A DNA stretch of 64,000 nt, taken from assembly GCA_030704615.1 (NCBI GenBank), contig CM060733.1, positions 66,960,001-67,024,000 on the forward strand, written 5' to 3'. Shown piece by piece: positions 48,701-60,662 of this stretch. The notes beneath the pieces were generated by a model. The model was not told where the DNA came from. It made no database searches and saw only the letters and a program-made list of their open reading frames with translations. Position numbers and translations under genes: made by a program. How positions within the stretch are numbered: the stretch's first letter is position 1; the number at the start of each line of letters is the position of its first letter. This DNA comes from Takakia lepidozioides. Lineage: Eukaryota; Plantae; Bryophyta.

Positions 48701-51700
48701 TTCCATGCCCAGACTTAGATTTACATAGAAGGTCTGACAGCGGCCCCGCAATCTTGGCGAAATTTCTCACATACTTCCGGTAATAGGAGGCGAGTCCTAG
48801 GAAGGATCGCACTCCCGGGACCAAAGTCGGAGGCTCCCCAGGTCCAAGAATCGCACCTCACCTTTGTCATCCATTTTGATCCCATCCTGTGTAATCACAT
48901 GCCCCAGGAACTCCACTTTTGTGACCCCGAATTCGCACTTTGAAGCTTTGGCATACAGCTTCCCTTCCCGCAATTTCTGGAACACCCTTTTGAGGTGCTC
49001 CAGGTGCTCCTCCTTTGTTTGAGTACACGATGTGTCGATGTACACGACATCACAAAGTCATCCAACCACTCCGAAAAAGGCTTCTAGCTGCAAATGCGAG
49101 CGAGACACCAAGTAAAAAAAAATCATAGAACTCATATGAACATACCTGCTCACGGTCTTCTCCTCATCTCCTTCCGCCACCCGAATTTGATGATAGCCGG
49201 AGCGCAAGTCGATCCGGCTGAAATACTTCGCTCCTGCCAACCGATCGAAGAGGTCGTCGATCCTTGGCAAAGGGTACCGGTTTTTGATAGTCACCTTATT
49301 CAGAGCCCTGTAATCGACACACATCCGCAGCGTCCCATCCTTTTGTCTGCAAATAGCACCGGGGCTCCGTAAGGTGACTTACTCGGCCGGATGTACCCCT
49401 TTGACATTAGATCCTTGAGCTGAGTCTTCAGCTCGACCAACTCTCTGTGGCTCAACCGGTAGGGCGCCTTGGCAGGCGGTTCCGATCCCGGTATCACCTC
49501 AATCTTGTGGTCAACTCCTCTTCGCGGTGGCAAGCCGCTTGGCAAATCCTCCGGCATCACATCCTGGTATTTCTCCAAAATCCCCTTGATCCAATCTGGG
49601 CTCGGCTCTCCATCGCCTTCTCCCTTCACTTCTCTAATGTAGAGCAAAAACTGGGGCTCGTGTGCCTCCTCCACGGCCCACTCCTTTGCTGACAGAAGGT
49701 TTATTCGCCCTCCCACGGGTTTGGGCGTTTCCGAAACTCGTAAGACCTCGCCACCATTCCAACATGGCAGCGTGACTACCCTCTTGCGGCCATCTATGAC
49801 CGCTCCGGATTTGCTCAAAAAGGTCATCCCCAAAATGAGATCCACTCCATCGATCTCGCAGACGGTGAAGTTCTCACGTCCCTCCCAACTCCCCAGTTGA
49901 AGAGGAACATCGAACGCCAACTTCGTCGCCAATTGCGGTTCTCCTTTGGCAGAACGCACCTCAATAGAGGCCCCTACGTCAGTTGTCGGGAGTCCCAGCT
50001 TTTGTGCCGTTGCCGGTGTCATGAAGGAGTGCGACGCTCCTGTGTCCACCAACAATGACACGTTAGTTCCGGATATTATCCCATCCACGAACAATAAGTG
50101 ACTCCCTTTACGCAATGCGCCAGTTTCCTGATACAACTCACAAGAATATTTGCCTACCTTGCAAGTCCTGGCGACCACCGCTTCCACCAAGCGACTGATG
50201 GTATCTTCCGACAGCTCCGTGGTTGCCCGAGTCATGTTCAATTGTCGGGGTTTCGTGCACTTCTTGGCCATGTGCCCGGGCTCTCCCAATTGAAACACAC
50301 TCCATCAAAGGTCGCCTTCTGTCCGCCATAAGCCGCTCCACCCGCTTTTCCTTTCGAAGCACCGGTGCCGCCTTGACGTGTGAAGGCCCTCCCTTCGATT
50401 TCCACGTGCCATTGTCGCCGCGTGGCCTATCCCACTTCTTTTCCGGTCGGAAGGAGTCACCTTCCCGCGGGTCTTCTTGGGGTTCAGCTCCGTTACGGGC
50501 CTTGTCTTTCACCCCTAGAGACATCTGAGAAAACATTCGGCCCTCTCAATTGCCTCGTTCAAAGTCTTAGGTGGGATTCTCCTCCAACTTCCGCCTGGCC
50601 CATGGGGCAAGTCCCGCCACAAAGTTAAAGGACCATTTCCGGTTCTGCCATGTCCGCGACTTCGAGCAAAAGCACATTGAAAGCCTGGACATATCCCGAA
50701 TGGTCTGTTTGCTTCAAATTCTCATCTTGTCCCGGGCAAGCCAGGACGCCGTGAGGGGCACAAACTGTCTCTTCATCAACTCCTTGAACCCCACTCCCGT
50801 CAGTTCAAGGTTTCCGGGCTTGGACCTCGGTCGGGAAGGCGTTTCTGCCACCATTGTGAGCATAGCCCCTCAAAAAGTGGAAGCCATTCCACCCGATCCT
50901 TCGTTCACTAACTTGAGCCGCCCAGAATGCCAGAAGTACTGCTTCTAGCTCCAAGAGCCAGGCGGGTGTTGAGTGCCTTCCAATTTCGGACGCCCTCGAA
51001 GGTGCCGGGTTCCTTAGGCTTCACCTTAACTTTGCCTTAGGGGAAGTGGGTTGCCGCCTCAACACGATCTTTCAGCGTCCCGCCAAACTGTGCCAACAAC
51101 CTCCCAAAAGGCTACCTGGCATGGGGGCATCTTTGGTCGGTCGGAGCTCTCACGGATTCCTCGGGCCCAACTCCGGATTCCTCCCGCTCTTGGGCGGGCC
51201 TCGTTTTCAGAAACCCGTCGCTTCCTCAAATGGCCGCTTCGGTGACACGTCGCCCCCATCGGGCTCACCAGGATCATCATCTTTGGGCCGTTCCGCTTTT
51301 GCTTTGGCTTGCCCGACCCCGACCCCATGATGAGGCCAATCCCAAGGACGATCGCGTACTGAACTTAAGCTCTGATACCAAGTGTCGCGCACCTCACTTC
51401 GGTAAGCTCCCCTTCAAGTCATAGTTACTCGCTCTGATGCGCGCGCCTGACTCCCAACCTGGCGCCGGGCCAACTTGGAGCTCGGCTGACTCACCGGGAC
51501 ATAACGGTCCCCCTTCACTCCCCCACTAAACCCTCCACCTCTTTGGGCCTAGTGGAATTCCCTTTGAGTAGTTGGCAGTCCGGAACAACTCCTCACTCTT
51601 TGGTCGCTTTCCGGCTCGCTCGCTTACTCACTAGTTTTTGGTCACCAACGGGCTTGCACCGTTCTCGGGGTCACTACTCCCCTTATTTATACTTCTGTAG

Positions 51701-52109
51701 CTGTCCGCGGGGGTTTCACAACCAGCCATGCCATTTTATGGCGAACCACCACGAAAACCCTCGACTCCCGGTGGTGAGTCGCGGTGAGTCTTGGCCCACT
51801 CACCACGGCCCCTATGGACCGTGATGAGTCCAAGACTCCCCACGACTCCCACCACGAGGTCTCCGCCCCCATGGTGAGTCCTATGCCACCCCCACTAAGT
51901 CCCTCTAAGCTACCACCACCCCTTGTGGAGCCACCCCCACCGCAACCCGGTGTGCGGGGCTCCACCTAGTGAGCGCCTCCGCCTCCTTGAGTGCCTTGGG
52001 CACTCAAGGGTGCTTCAGCCCCCCGTACCTATCGCTGCCGCTGCCCACCACAGGGGCAGCCCCTCATGTGTCCCGACCCCCCCTGCCCTCAAGGCAAAGG
52101 GCCGCGACA
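45766..52109 (-). mobile_element. Ty3/gypsy chromovirus gypsy-2 (same family as gypsy-1)
   Basis: 5' LTR 51383-52109, PBS 51369-51380, frameshifted gag-pol at about 46750-51330 with chromodomain, PPT 45879-45890, first 113 bp of the 3' LTR at 45766-45878. Confidence 0.95.
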
Positions 52110-52979
52110 TCGGGTGTTCCGGCTCCGAGGTTTGTTGGTCGGCACCACCCTCCTGCCCTGGTGAAGCCGAAGATGATGGAGATTTGGCACTGCCCAACAA
52201 AAATCGTCTACTGTGTCTGTGGCGATTCTAGCCAGTATGTGCTGGACAGACCTGATATTCCGAACGTTTGGCCTGTGATGGTTGGGACGAACCTAAGTCA
52301 GGCAGAGGTTGACTCTTTCACAAAAGCAGACTTTTGACTTGTTCCCCCCAGATGACGTAGGTAATTCCCAAGGTGAATGGGACTGTGTTGCGAAAGATAT
52401 CAATAATCTGGATCCGGACTTGTACGCGTCGAAAAGGTGGGACAGAGTATACCGGCGGAAGAAACGGTCAGCATTCGCTCGTAAGAAGATGGAGTTAGCT
52501 CAGTCTTTGCAAGTCACGGTGCAATCATTCAAGGATGTTCCACGCCCGGGAATTGGACGTGTGTAGACACTGTGCACACCGAGATCAGCAAAAGCAGGGG
52601 AGGTGTACAATGTTTGCATCTCTAGAAGTCCGGAGTGCACATGCCCTGATTTTGACAAAATGAAGAAATCAAAAGGACCCTACATCCTCTGCAAACACTT
52701 ATATTATATTATGCTGCGACGTTTGAAGATGCGGGAAGACCATGAGGTCATCGATCACGCAACTCTGACAGTATCTGAAGTCAGGGGTATGTTAGTTCGT
52801 GATCCCTGTCATTGGGTCCCATAGAGCCGCATTGGATATCCTGCATGTTTGGAATCCTTGTAGTCTGTTCCGACTACGAAGTGCATGACAACTTGGTTTA
52901 TCTTGTGAACTCCAACTCTTTCTACGGATAAGGTTTTTTTATAACAGATTTGGAAACATGGACATGCTTGGAATATTCA

Positions 52980-53857
52980 TAGTCTGTGCCGACTACAAAG
53001 TGTATGACCATTTGGATAAATTAGTTAACTCCAACTCTTTGTTCAGATGAGCTCATTTTTCAACTATCACTTTTTTGCAATCAAATATGAGTCCATATCC
53101 ATCTTCTTTCACTTAATTCTTGTAGTCTGTGCCAACTACAAAGTGTAAGACCATTTGGATAAATTAGTTAATTCCAACTCTTTGCTCAGATGAGCTCATT
53201 TTTCAACTACCACTTTTTTGCAATCAAATGTGAGTCCATATCCATCTTCTTTCACTTAATTCTTGTAGTCTGTGCCGACTACAAAGTGTATGACCATTTG
53301 GATAAATTAGTTAACTCCAACTCTTTGCTCAGATGAGTCCATTTTTCAACTACCACTTTTTTGCAATCAAATATGAGTCCATATCCATCTTCTTTCACTT
53401 AATTCTTGTAGTATGTGCCGACTACAAAGTGTATGACCATTTGGGTAAATTAGTCAACTTCAACTCTTTGCTCAGATGAGCTCATTTTTCAACTACTACT
53501 TTTTTGCAATCAAATGTGAGTCCATATCCATCTTCTTTCACTTAATTCTAGTAGTCTGTGCCAACTACAAAATGTATGACCATTTGGATAAATTAGTTAA
53601 CTCCAACTCTTTGCTCAGATGAACCCATCTTTCAATTTCCACTTTTTTGCAATCAAATATGATTCCATATCCATATTCTTTCACTTAATTCTTGTAGTCT
53701 GTGCCGACTATAAAGTGTATGACCATTTGGATAAATTAGTTAACTCCAACTCTTTGCTCAGATGAGCTCATTTTTCAGCTACCATTTTTTTGCAATCAAA
53801 TATGAGTCCATATCCATCTTCTTTCACTTAATTCTTGTAGTCTGTGCCGACTACAAG
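52980..53857. repeat. 143-bp tandem repeat (6 copies plus a partial), each starting with TAGTCTGTGCCGACTA
   Basis: Unit starts at 52980, 53123, 53266, 53409, 53552, 53695, 53838. Confidence 0.96.
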
Positions 53858-54385
53858 ACATGGGTGTCCCGGATTTACAATCTTGCCAACAGCATTTCCT
53901 AACACACATATTATTCATAAACCGGAATTTGTTGCTGACATGGCCAAAACAATGTACACCAAAATAACTGTCATGGTGATCAATATTCCCGTGGGTTCAA
54001 ATCATAATAATGAATTCTATTTTAAGACACATTCCTTCAATATGTATTGCTTATTTAACACAAGAATTAAAATAGAAATTGAGTTCTATTCTTCAATATC
54101 AATTCTGAAACATGTTAACAATAGTAAAATGCCTAAAGTACAAAACGTCAAAGAGGTACAATTTCTTTTTATTCTTGATAGTCGTTGCCGACCTCAATGA
54201 TCATAGCCTCCTTTATCCACTTCTATGTCATGACGTACATATAAGTTTTCTTTCTGCAGTGACTACAATGTCTCAAATCCTATTGCGGCAAACAGGGCAT
54301 GACCCGTTTCGAAGCAGCCACCCTTCAATGCAGATAGAGTGAAAGGAATGGCCGCACTCACTGAGAATACGGACTGACTCGCCCT

Positions 54386-54808
54386 CTACTGGACAGTTTT
54401 GACAAACAGTGCATCGTTCGTTTGTTGTTGGACATGTTTCCCTGCGATAACAAATTCCATTGAATGCATTTCAATGATTTCCATGCTTGCCCCTGTCCAT
54501 CGCAAATCATCCTCTGCATGTACCTCCTTGTCCTCACCTTCCCCATCAATGTCCATGTGCTCATCTTCATCCTCGTCGTCGTCGTTGTCGTCGTCGTCAT
54601 CAGAATCCGCAGTGGAGTCCCCTGATGAAGGGCCGTTCCCGTTGACGGACTGCTGAACCACCATTGCCTCATCATTTTCGTGCTTGGCAAGGCACTCGGC
54701 GATATCGTCCATAAAGGGAGCCCACCATAAAGTCGATGCAGGCTTGTCCTCCTCATTTCCACTGACACCACTACTGCTTGCGCCTGCATTGGAAGAGCTC
54801 GCGTCCAT
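54386..54808 (-). CDS. Acidic low-complexity ORF, probably a TE accessory gene fragment
   Basis: D/E-rich 140-aa frame flanked by TAGTC..GACTA motifs. Confidence 0.25.
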   Translation of the reverse strand: MDASSSNAGASSSGVSGNEEDKPASTLWWAPFMDDIAECLAKHENDEAMVVQQSVNGNGPSSGDSTADSDDDDDNDDDEDEDEHMDIDGEGEDKEVHAEDDLRWTGASMEIIEMHSMEFVIAGKHVQQQTNDALFVKTVQ

Positions 54809-55479
54809 CTTATCTAAGAACGGACTATCCTAAAACACAACTGATTAGAATAGAAAGTGACCCCAAACAGTGTGCTTGTAGTCGTTGCAGACTACAAGTG
54901 ACAGCCAGCCGAAAGCGCTGCTGTCTTTGACAAAAAGAAGTAGGTGTTGAACAACAGCCCTTCTGTTGAAAGAGAAAGTGGGCAGAAAGCAATGTGCTTG
55001 TAGTCGGTGCAGACTATAAATACCCATGTACACTTAGTCGCTTTCGCTCGAGACAAAAACCTGGTAGGTGTCGAACAACATATCCAATATTTATGAACTT
55101 TCGGTTGTTTCAAAATAAGTTTTTTAATGCCGCTATAGATACCATTCCACCGTCCACTTTCCACCTAGCCAATATATATATATATAGCCGTTTGCACTTC
55201 CAATATCATCGTGGGACGTGCCAGAATAATCTTCTGTCTATATTTGTAATGGATGACATCCTCTACATGATCAGTTTCGTTCTCTTTAGATCTCGAGTTC
55301 AACTTCTTGTGCATGCCATAAACGAGATGCCTGCATGTTACAGTGGTGATTCAGGGCTCAAATCTCATTCCCGCCATATTTATTAATTAACAATATGCGA
55401 TCTCACACATTTGAATTACCTGCTCATACTAAGTACACTTCATGGCTTCCATTAATTTTTATAGAATTTTTTTATAGTG

Positions 55480-55784
55480 TACCTATTCCCGCGGACTTTC
55501 TACCATGCCCCTATTCTCGCGGGTATTTGCCCCCAGACCTCTCGGCCCAGTGTCTATAATCGGCAACGACTACATAGGTTTGGCAACTACCGAACCTAAT
55601 TTTGAGTAACCGAGCCTACGGAATGTTGCACTTACTGATGGTGCACCTGCCCTTTTTCAACTTCAAATGTTGTCGGAATTGCGGTTGAAAATCCAAATAT
55701 AGAGGAATATTCCTTGGATATTCGGTTGCTCATGCCTAATTCTGCTCATGCTCATGCTCACCGCTCATGCAATGTACACACCCC
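55480..55784. mobile_element. Divergent MULE-family terminus
   Basis: CCTATTCCCGCGGAC subterminal motif and (GCTCAT)n-GCAATGTACACACCCC. Confidence 0.55.
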
Positions 55785-56659
55785 GACTCAGGCCAAGGCC
55801 CCAATCATCGTTTCAGCCCCAATCATTGCACAGATCATTCATGACTCTTGCTTACTTACTGTGCAAGAGCGTAAAGACATGGGTTTGTTTGAGTTGGGCT
55901 CTACTGTGGTTGAGGAACAGGGATCCTCACAAGGAGAAGGGGGATTGGAGAGGCCGCAGTTACCCCGTAGGTAACATAGTTCGGTCTTGCTCCTACACCC
56001 AAACCCCTTTCCTCAGAAAGAGAGGGATTAGACATTCCCACTAGGAAGCAAATAGTGGAGGATATTGAGAAGGGTGATCTTCTCTATGAAAGCTATGGAA
56101 TAGTCAAGCCTTCAATAGTTTTGAAGATACCAATTCTATCCAAGATGATTCCAACTGTACAGAGTAAAGCTAAACCTGTGATAGAGGTTGAAACGGTGCA
56201 GGCCCAAGGTGAAGCTGCACCTTCAACAATTGAGGCTGAACAAGTGCAGAGTCAAGTGGGTACTTGGCCTGAATAATTTGCAAGACACCAGGCTATTCAT
56301 AACCAAGATGAATTATAACAAGGTCCGCAGGAAGATCCGCAGCAGGCCATGGTCATGAGTTCTATAAGGAGAACCCTTAACCTTTTGGGGAACTACTTTA
56401 AAACTCATGTTCCTTCAACGCAATTGGCAGCACTGAGAGAGGAGCTCAAACAGTGAGCTTGAGGCTCAAATTCTATCCGAGCAGGTGACCAAACTTGATG
56501 TTGAGACAAGTATCAAACTGCAGCAAGCCCTAGATGCGTCTAATGTTGCCCTGCAGCTTGAAAAAGAGAATTTAATCAAGGCAGGCCTTGAGCAGGAACA
56601 ATTACAGGATGCTCACAAACAACAGTTCTACCAATTGCAAGTCAAGCATGAGGAAACTC

Positions 56660-57680
56660 TTGCATCAGCACTGCCATGCAGCACATGTATGCCAAATGTG
56701 AGCCTGGCAGCCCTAGAACTGGGCAAAGAGGTCCATGGTGACATCGTCAAAGCTGGAATTGTACCAGATCTGATTCTGAGCACTGCCCTCGTGGACATGT
56801 ATGCCAAATGTAAGCCTAACAGCCCTAGAAAAGAGAGCATAGGCCATGGTAACATCGTCAAATTAGCTAGAACGTACCATATGTGATTCTGAACACAAGT
56901 TTAGGCGAGCCTGGCAGCCCTGGAAAAGGGAGTAGAGGTCCATGGTGACATTGTCAAAGCTGGAACTATACACCAAATCTGATTGTGAACACTGCCTTGG
57001 TGACATGTATGCCAAATGTGAGTCTGATAGTTGTGGAATGGACGGACAGGTCCATAGTGATATTGTCAAAGCTGAAATGTACCAGATGTCATTCTGAACT
57101 CTGCTCTGGTGGACATCTATGCCAAATGCAAGCCTGGCAGCCCTGGAAAATGGAGCAGATCCATGGTGTCAATGTCAAAGCTGGAATTGTACCACATGTT
57201 ATTTGAACTATGCCCAAGTGGACATGTATGCCCAATGCGAGCCTGGCAGCTCTGGGAAATGGCACAGAGGTCCATCATAGGTCCTGCATGGGTAGATGAT
57301 CAACTGGAAGCTGCAGAAGCAGCGACACAATTGATAAAATCAGACACTGCTAATCAAGGTACCTTGTTCAACACATTTCACCCTGTTTTTCGGCCCTAAA
57401 TTTTCATGTTGAATTCTGCAAGTTAGCTGGTTGAGTGGATCTTGGCCTGGCAGGTCCATGGTGACATGGTGGCCGTGTTTCTAAACCTCTGCACAATCAG
57501 GTTCACAATCTTGTTGTTTCTCTGGCCGTGAATGACTAGAGAGACATAAAAAGAGAGAGCACGAGATGTCATCCTGAACATTGCTCTGGTGGCCATGTAT
57601 GCTAAATGTGGGAGCATTGAGGATGCCAAGGGAGTATGGCTGAACGAGATGTGGTGTCGTGGAATGCGATGCTTGCAGGG
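56660..57680 (+). pseudogene. Degenerate PLS-class PPR motif repeats
   Basis: LAALELGKEVHGDIVKAGIVPDLILSTALVDMYAKC repeated with stops and frameshifts; ALVAMYAKCGSIEDA. Confidence 0.8.
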
Positions 57681-59083
57681 TGTGCAGAGCAGGAGCGCGG
57701 GATGGGGCTTTGGAGACCAGAAAGCAAATGATGGGGAAATGGGTGAAAGTACCTTCTTCAACATATTTTCCCTGCTAGTGTTTGCTTTGACAATTCTAGG
57801 CTGTCATTGTCACCTGCTAGCAGCAAGGCGAGGATGTATGCATGATTTGTGCAGAGGCATGGATAGTTGAAGGAGCAGGGATTTCATGTGGGTCCAGATT
57901 CATCCAAGAGGGCCAGATTTCAAGCACAAGATTACTTGTGACTCCCTGTGGATCAATAGCTACAAGAAACGTGCATGGGTAGATGGTCAACTGGCAGCAG
58001 CGGCACAAGTGATAAAATCAGGCACTGCTAATGAAGGCATCTTCTTCAACACATTTCACCCTGTTTTTTCCCTCTTATCAGAATCGGCCCTAAATTGCCA
58101 TGTTCAATTCTGCAAGTTAGCTGGTTGAGTGAATCTAGTTTGGAGTGACTTTGACATGATACTGCCAATGTGACAACATGAAAGTATCAAAAAACAGGTA
58201 ATAGAGATGAGGAGAAGCTGTGGAACGAATACTTATATGAGCCCAGTCACCGATGGGTCAACCGGGGCAGAAAGGTGAATGCCTGCTACATTTCAGAGAG
58301 TAGCAGACGCAATTCAGCATAGCGCCCATAAGCATTACGGGCTCAATACACTCATCATGAATGCCATAAGGGTAGAGTGTAGAAAGACACCCCCATGATA
58401 CACTAGTTGTAGGTCATGACTGATTGTTCTGAGTGGTACTTAGAGTCTTCTAACTCTTCTACCTTAGAGTTTCCACCACGGATAGCTAAGGGATGGGTGA
58501 GTAAAAGCCGCTCAACAATCCTGAACAACTTTGTGGTATGGGCACGGGGTTTCACCCTGAAACTATTGAGCACACTTTCTTTGAGACTTGCTTCGCATCC
58601 TCTACTTGGTCCAAAGTCTGTGTCTTTTACATCTCTGATTGGAAATCGATAATTGCAGGTTGTGTGTCACTACACCTGCTTAACCTCCATAACATATAGG
58701 TCTGGACCACCTGCCCTGCCTGAGCGAATATAGAGCACTAACCCTTCGGCACATCTGGAAATCGAGATGTGCCCAACTCTTCTCCCAATCTCCTCCTTGG
58801 ACTGCAGCTGCTCATAAACTTATATATGCAATTTACTAACGGAATGTGCAGATGTGCTCAAGACAAGAGATCATCTCTCATTTCTAAATTTGACGCCACT
58901 TGGGGTTGAAGAGAGGTCTTTGCAGCAGCTTTTCTGAAGAAAGCACCACTTGGTCTTGTGAGCTCCCCTATGGATGGAGGATCTCCTACTCCTTGGTCCT
59001 CTCGCGGTGGCGAAGAAGATATCTACTGGAAGCACCGGAAGAATTATGGCACCAAAATCAAAGCACTCAGGAACAAGCGCTAG

Positions 59084-59553
59084 TTGTGGCGTTGGGGTCA
59101 CCTCTCTAATTTTGGTAATAATAAGACCTCCCAGTCGTAAACCACGTAGTAAAGATTCATTTCCATAACCTAATCCTTTTATTCTGACTTCAACCACATT
59201 AATTCCCGGTCGAATGGCAGTTCGTGCGACATTTTATACAGTTGCTTGAGCAGGATAATTGGTTGAGCGATGAGATCCCTTGAACCCCGATGAACCTGAG
59301 GAGGACCAAGTTTTTGTATCTCCTAATCCGTTGTAGTAATAATGGTATTACTTAAAAGTTGATTGAGTATATAGGGCCCACCCTCGAATGGGGGCAGTAG
59401 CCGTAAAGCGAAGTGGGTCTTAGTTACGCCGGTCCACCGATTGGAGTCTTCTCTCTCTCTCTCTCTCCTTGATTGAGTATATGCAATACCGTGCTCCACC
59501 TTAGTTTGTTACTATTTTGGGAACGCTTATCACCGTTTTTTGTTCTTCGCCAT
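59084..59553 (-). pseudogene. rps11: Mitochondrial-type ribosomal protein S11 fragment (NUMT)
   Basis: HGIAYTQS..SNTIIT..GDTKTWSSSGSSGFKGSHRSTNY.AQAT..VEVRIKGLGYGNESLLRGLRLGGLIITKIREVTPTP; indels and an insertion. Confidence 0.85.
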
Positions 59554-59822
59554 GTCTTCCGGTTCTGACTCCAGGCTAGTGAGCGGTCATAGTTGTCGGA
59601 CAGCCTCTAGTGTTGCTTCAATCTGTTTCGATCAACATCTTCGGCTGGTTTTTGTCATTAGTTCTTCTTAGAGCGAGTCTTCACCCTCGATCAGCATACT
59701 AATCTCGTTCCGTTGTTTTGGTTCTCGTAGTAGTGGGCACTCACAGGCTGCCCATCGCAGTTCAGCCTTTATGGCCTTTTGAGGTTATTTTTTCCTCTCA
59801 TCAATCTATTTGCGGCGGAACA

Positions 59823-60662
59823 CATTAGACATAGGATGGGAGTTGAATGCGCACGTGCCAGCCTGCCGATACGGTCGCCGGAGCCGGGACGCCCTTGGCG
59901 GGGCCCGCGGTCAAATCCCCACCCTCGCGCCATGCCATTATTGCCTGTATTATAGTACAAAACATAAAAATTCCAAGAGGGTTACAAGAAAGCAGCGGGT
60001 AGCTTGGTTGTTGGATGCATTGACCATTATTGTGGGGGTGTTGGGTTCAAACCTCGCCCATGGTGTGATGAAAATCGTATGTTTAAGGATTTGGATTGAG
60101 GTACCATTAGATTTTTGCATCTAAATTTCTAAGTCCCTCAAGCAGATCTCCGCTCCCCTGTTCCCACATACATACCGCTCCCCTGTTCTCCTTGCTCCCC
60201 TATGTCCACCGCTTCCATGTGTTACGGCTCCCCTGTTCTCCTTGCTCCCCTCTAATAACAGGGGAGCGGAGAATAGGGGAGCAGAGGAGCGGGGAGCAAT
60301 AACAGGGGCCCTTGTGCTATTGCTCCCCTGTTTTACTGCTTCGCCACTCCAATAACAGGGGAGTGGAGAATAGGGGAGCAGAGGAGTGGGGAGCAATAAC
60401 GTGGGGAGCAATAACATGGGAGCGGAGAATAGGGGAGCAGAGGAGCGGGAAGCAATAATATGGGAGCGGAGGGGTGGGGCGGGAACGGGGGAGCACCGCA
60501 GCGAGAACATGGAGCGTGGGACCCTTGGATGGGCGTGAAGCATACACAAGGAAGCAGGGGTGGGGATTTGACTGTGGGCCCACCGGGCCCTCCGGTTAGC
60601 TCCCGGGATCGTACCAGCAAGCTTCGCACGCGCGCATTCAAACTCCCATCCTGTGTCTAGTG
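59823..60662. mobile_element. Non-autonomous TIR (MITE-like) element with about 110-bp imperfect inverted ends and internal GGGGAGC repeats
   Basis: TAGACATAGGATGGGAGTTGAATGCGC...GTCAAATCCCC mirrored at 60555-60662; no TSD found. Confidence 0.6.

Larger units (their letters stand above)
41690..52824 (+). pseudogene. MULE transposase E, split by gypsy-2 and by an inversion of about 43030-45765
   Basis: MDRKYDGNPW; WIMFDNVKRIYGWSTM at 43029 continues on the minus strand from 45765 (IMTIAICEM..GFMADNANAN..CGFH) to 43645, then resumes on the plus strand at 52110 (GVPAPRF...) and ends in SWIM CTCPDF..CKHLYY. Confidence 0.85.

Noticed and set aside
55860-56660. Coiled-coil-like ORF fragments
   Set aside because: Multiple stops and no recognisable family; too weak to call.
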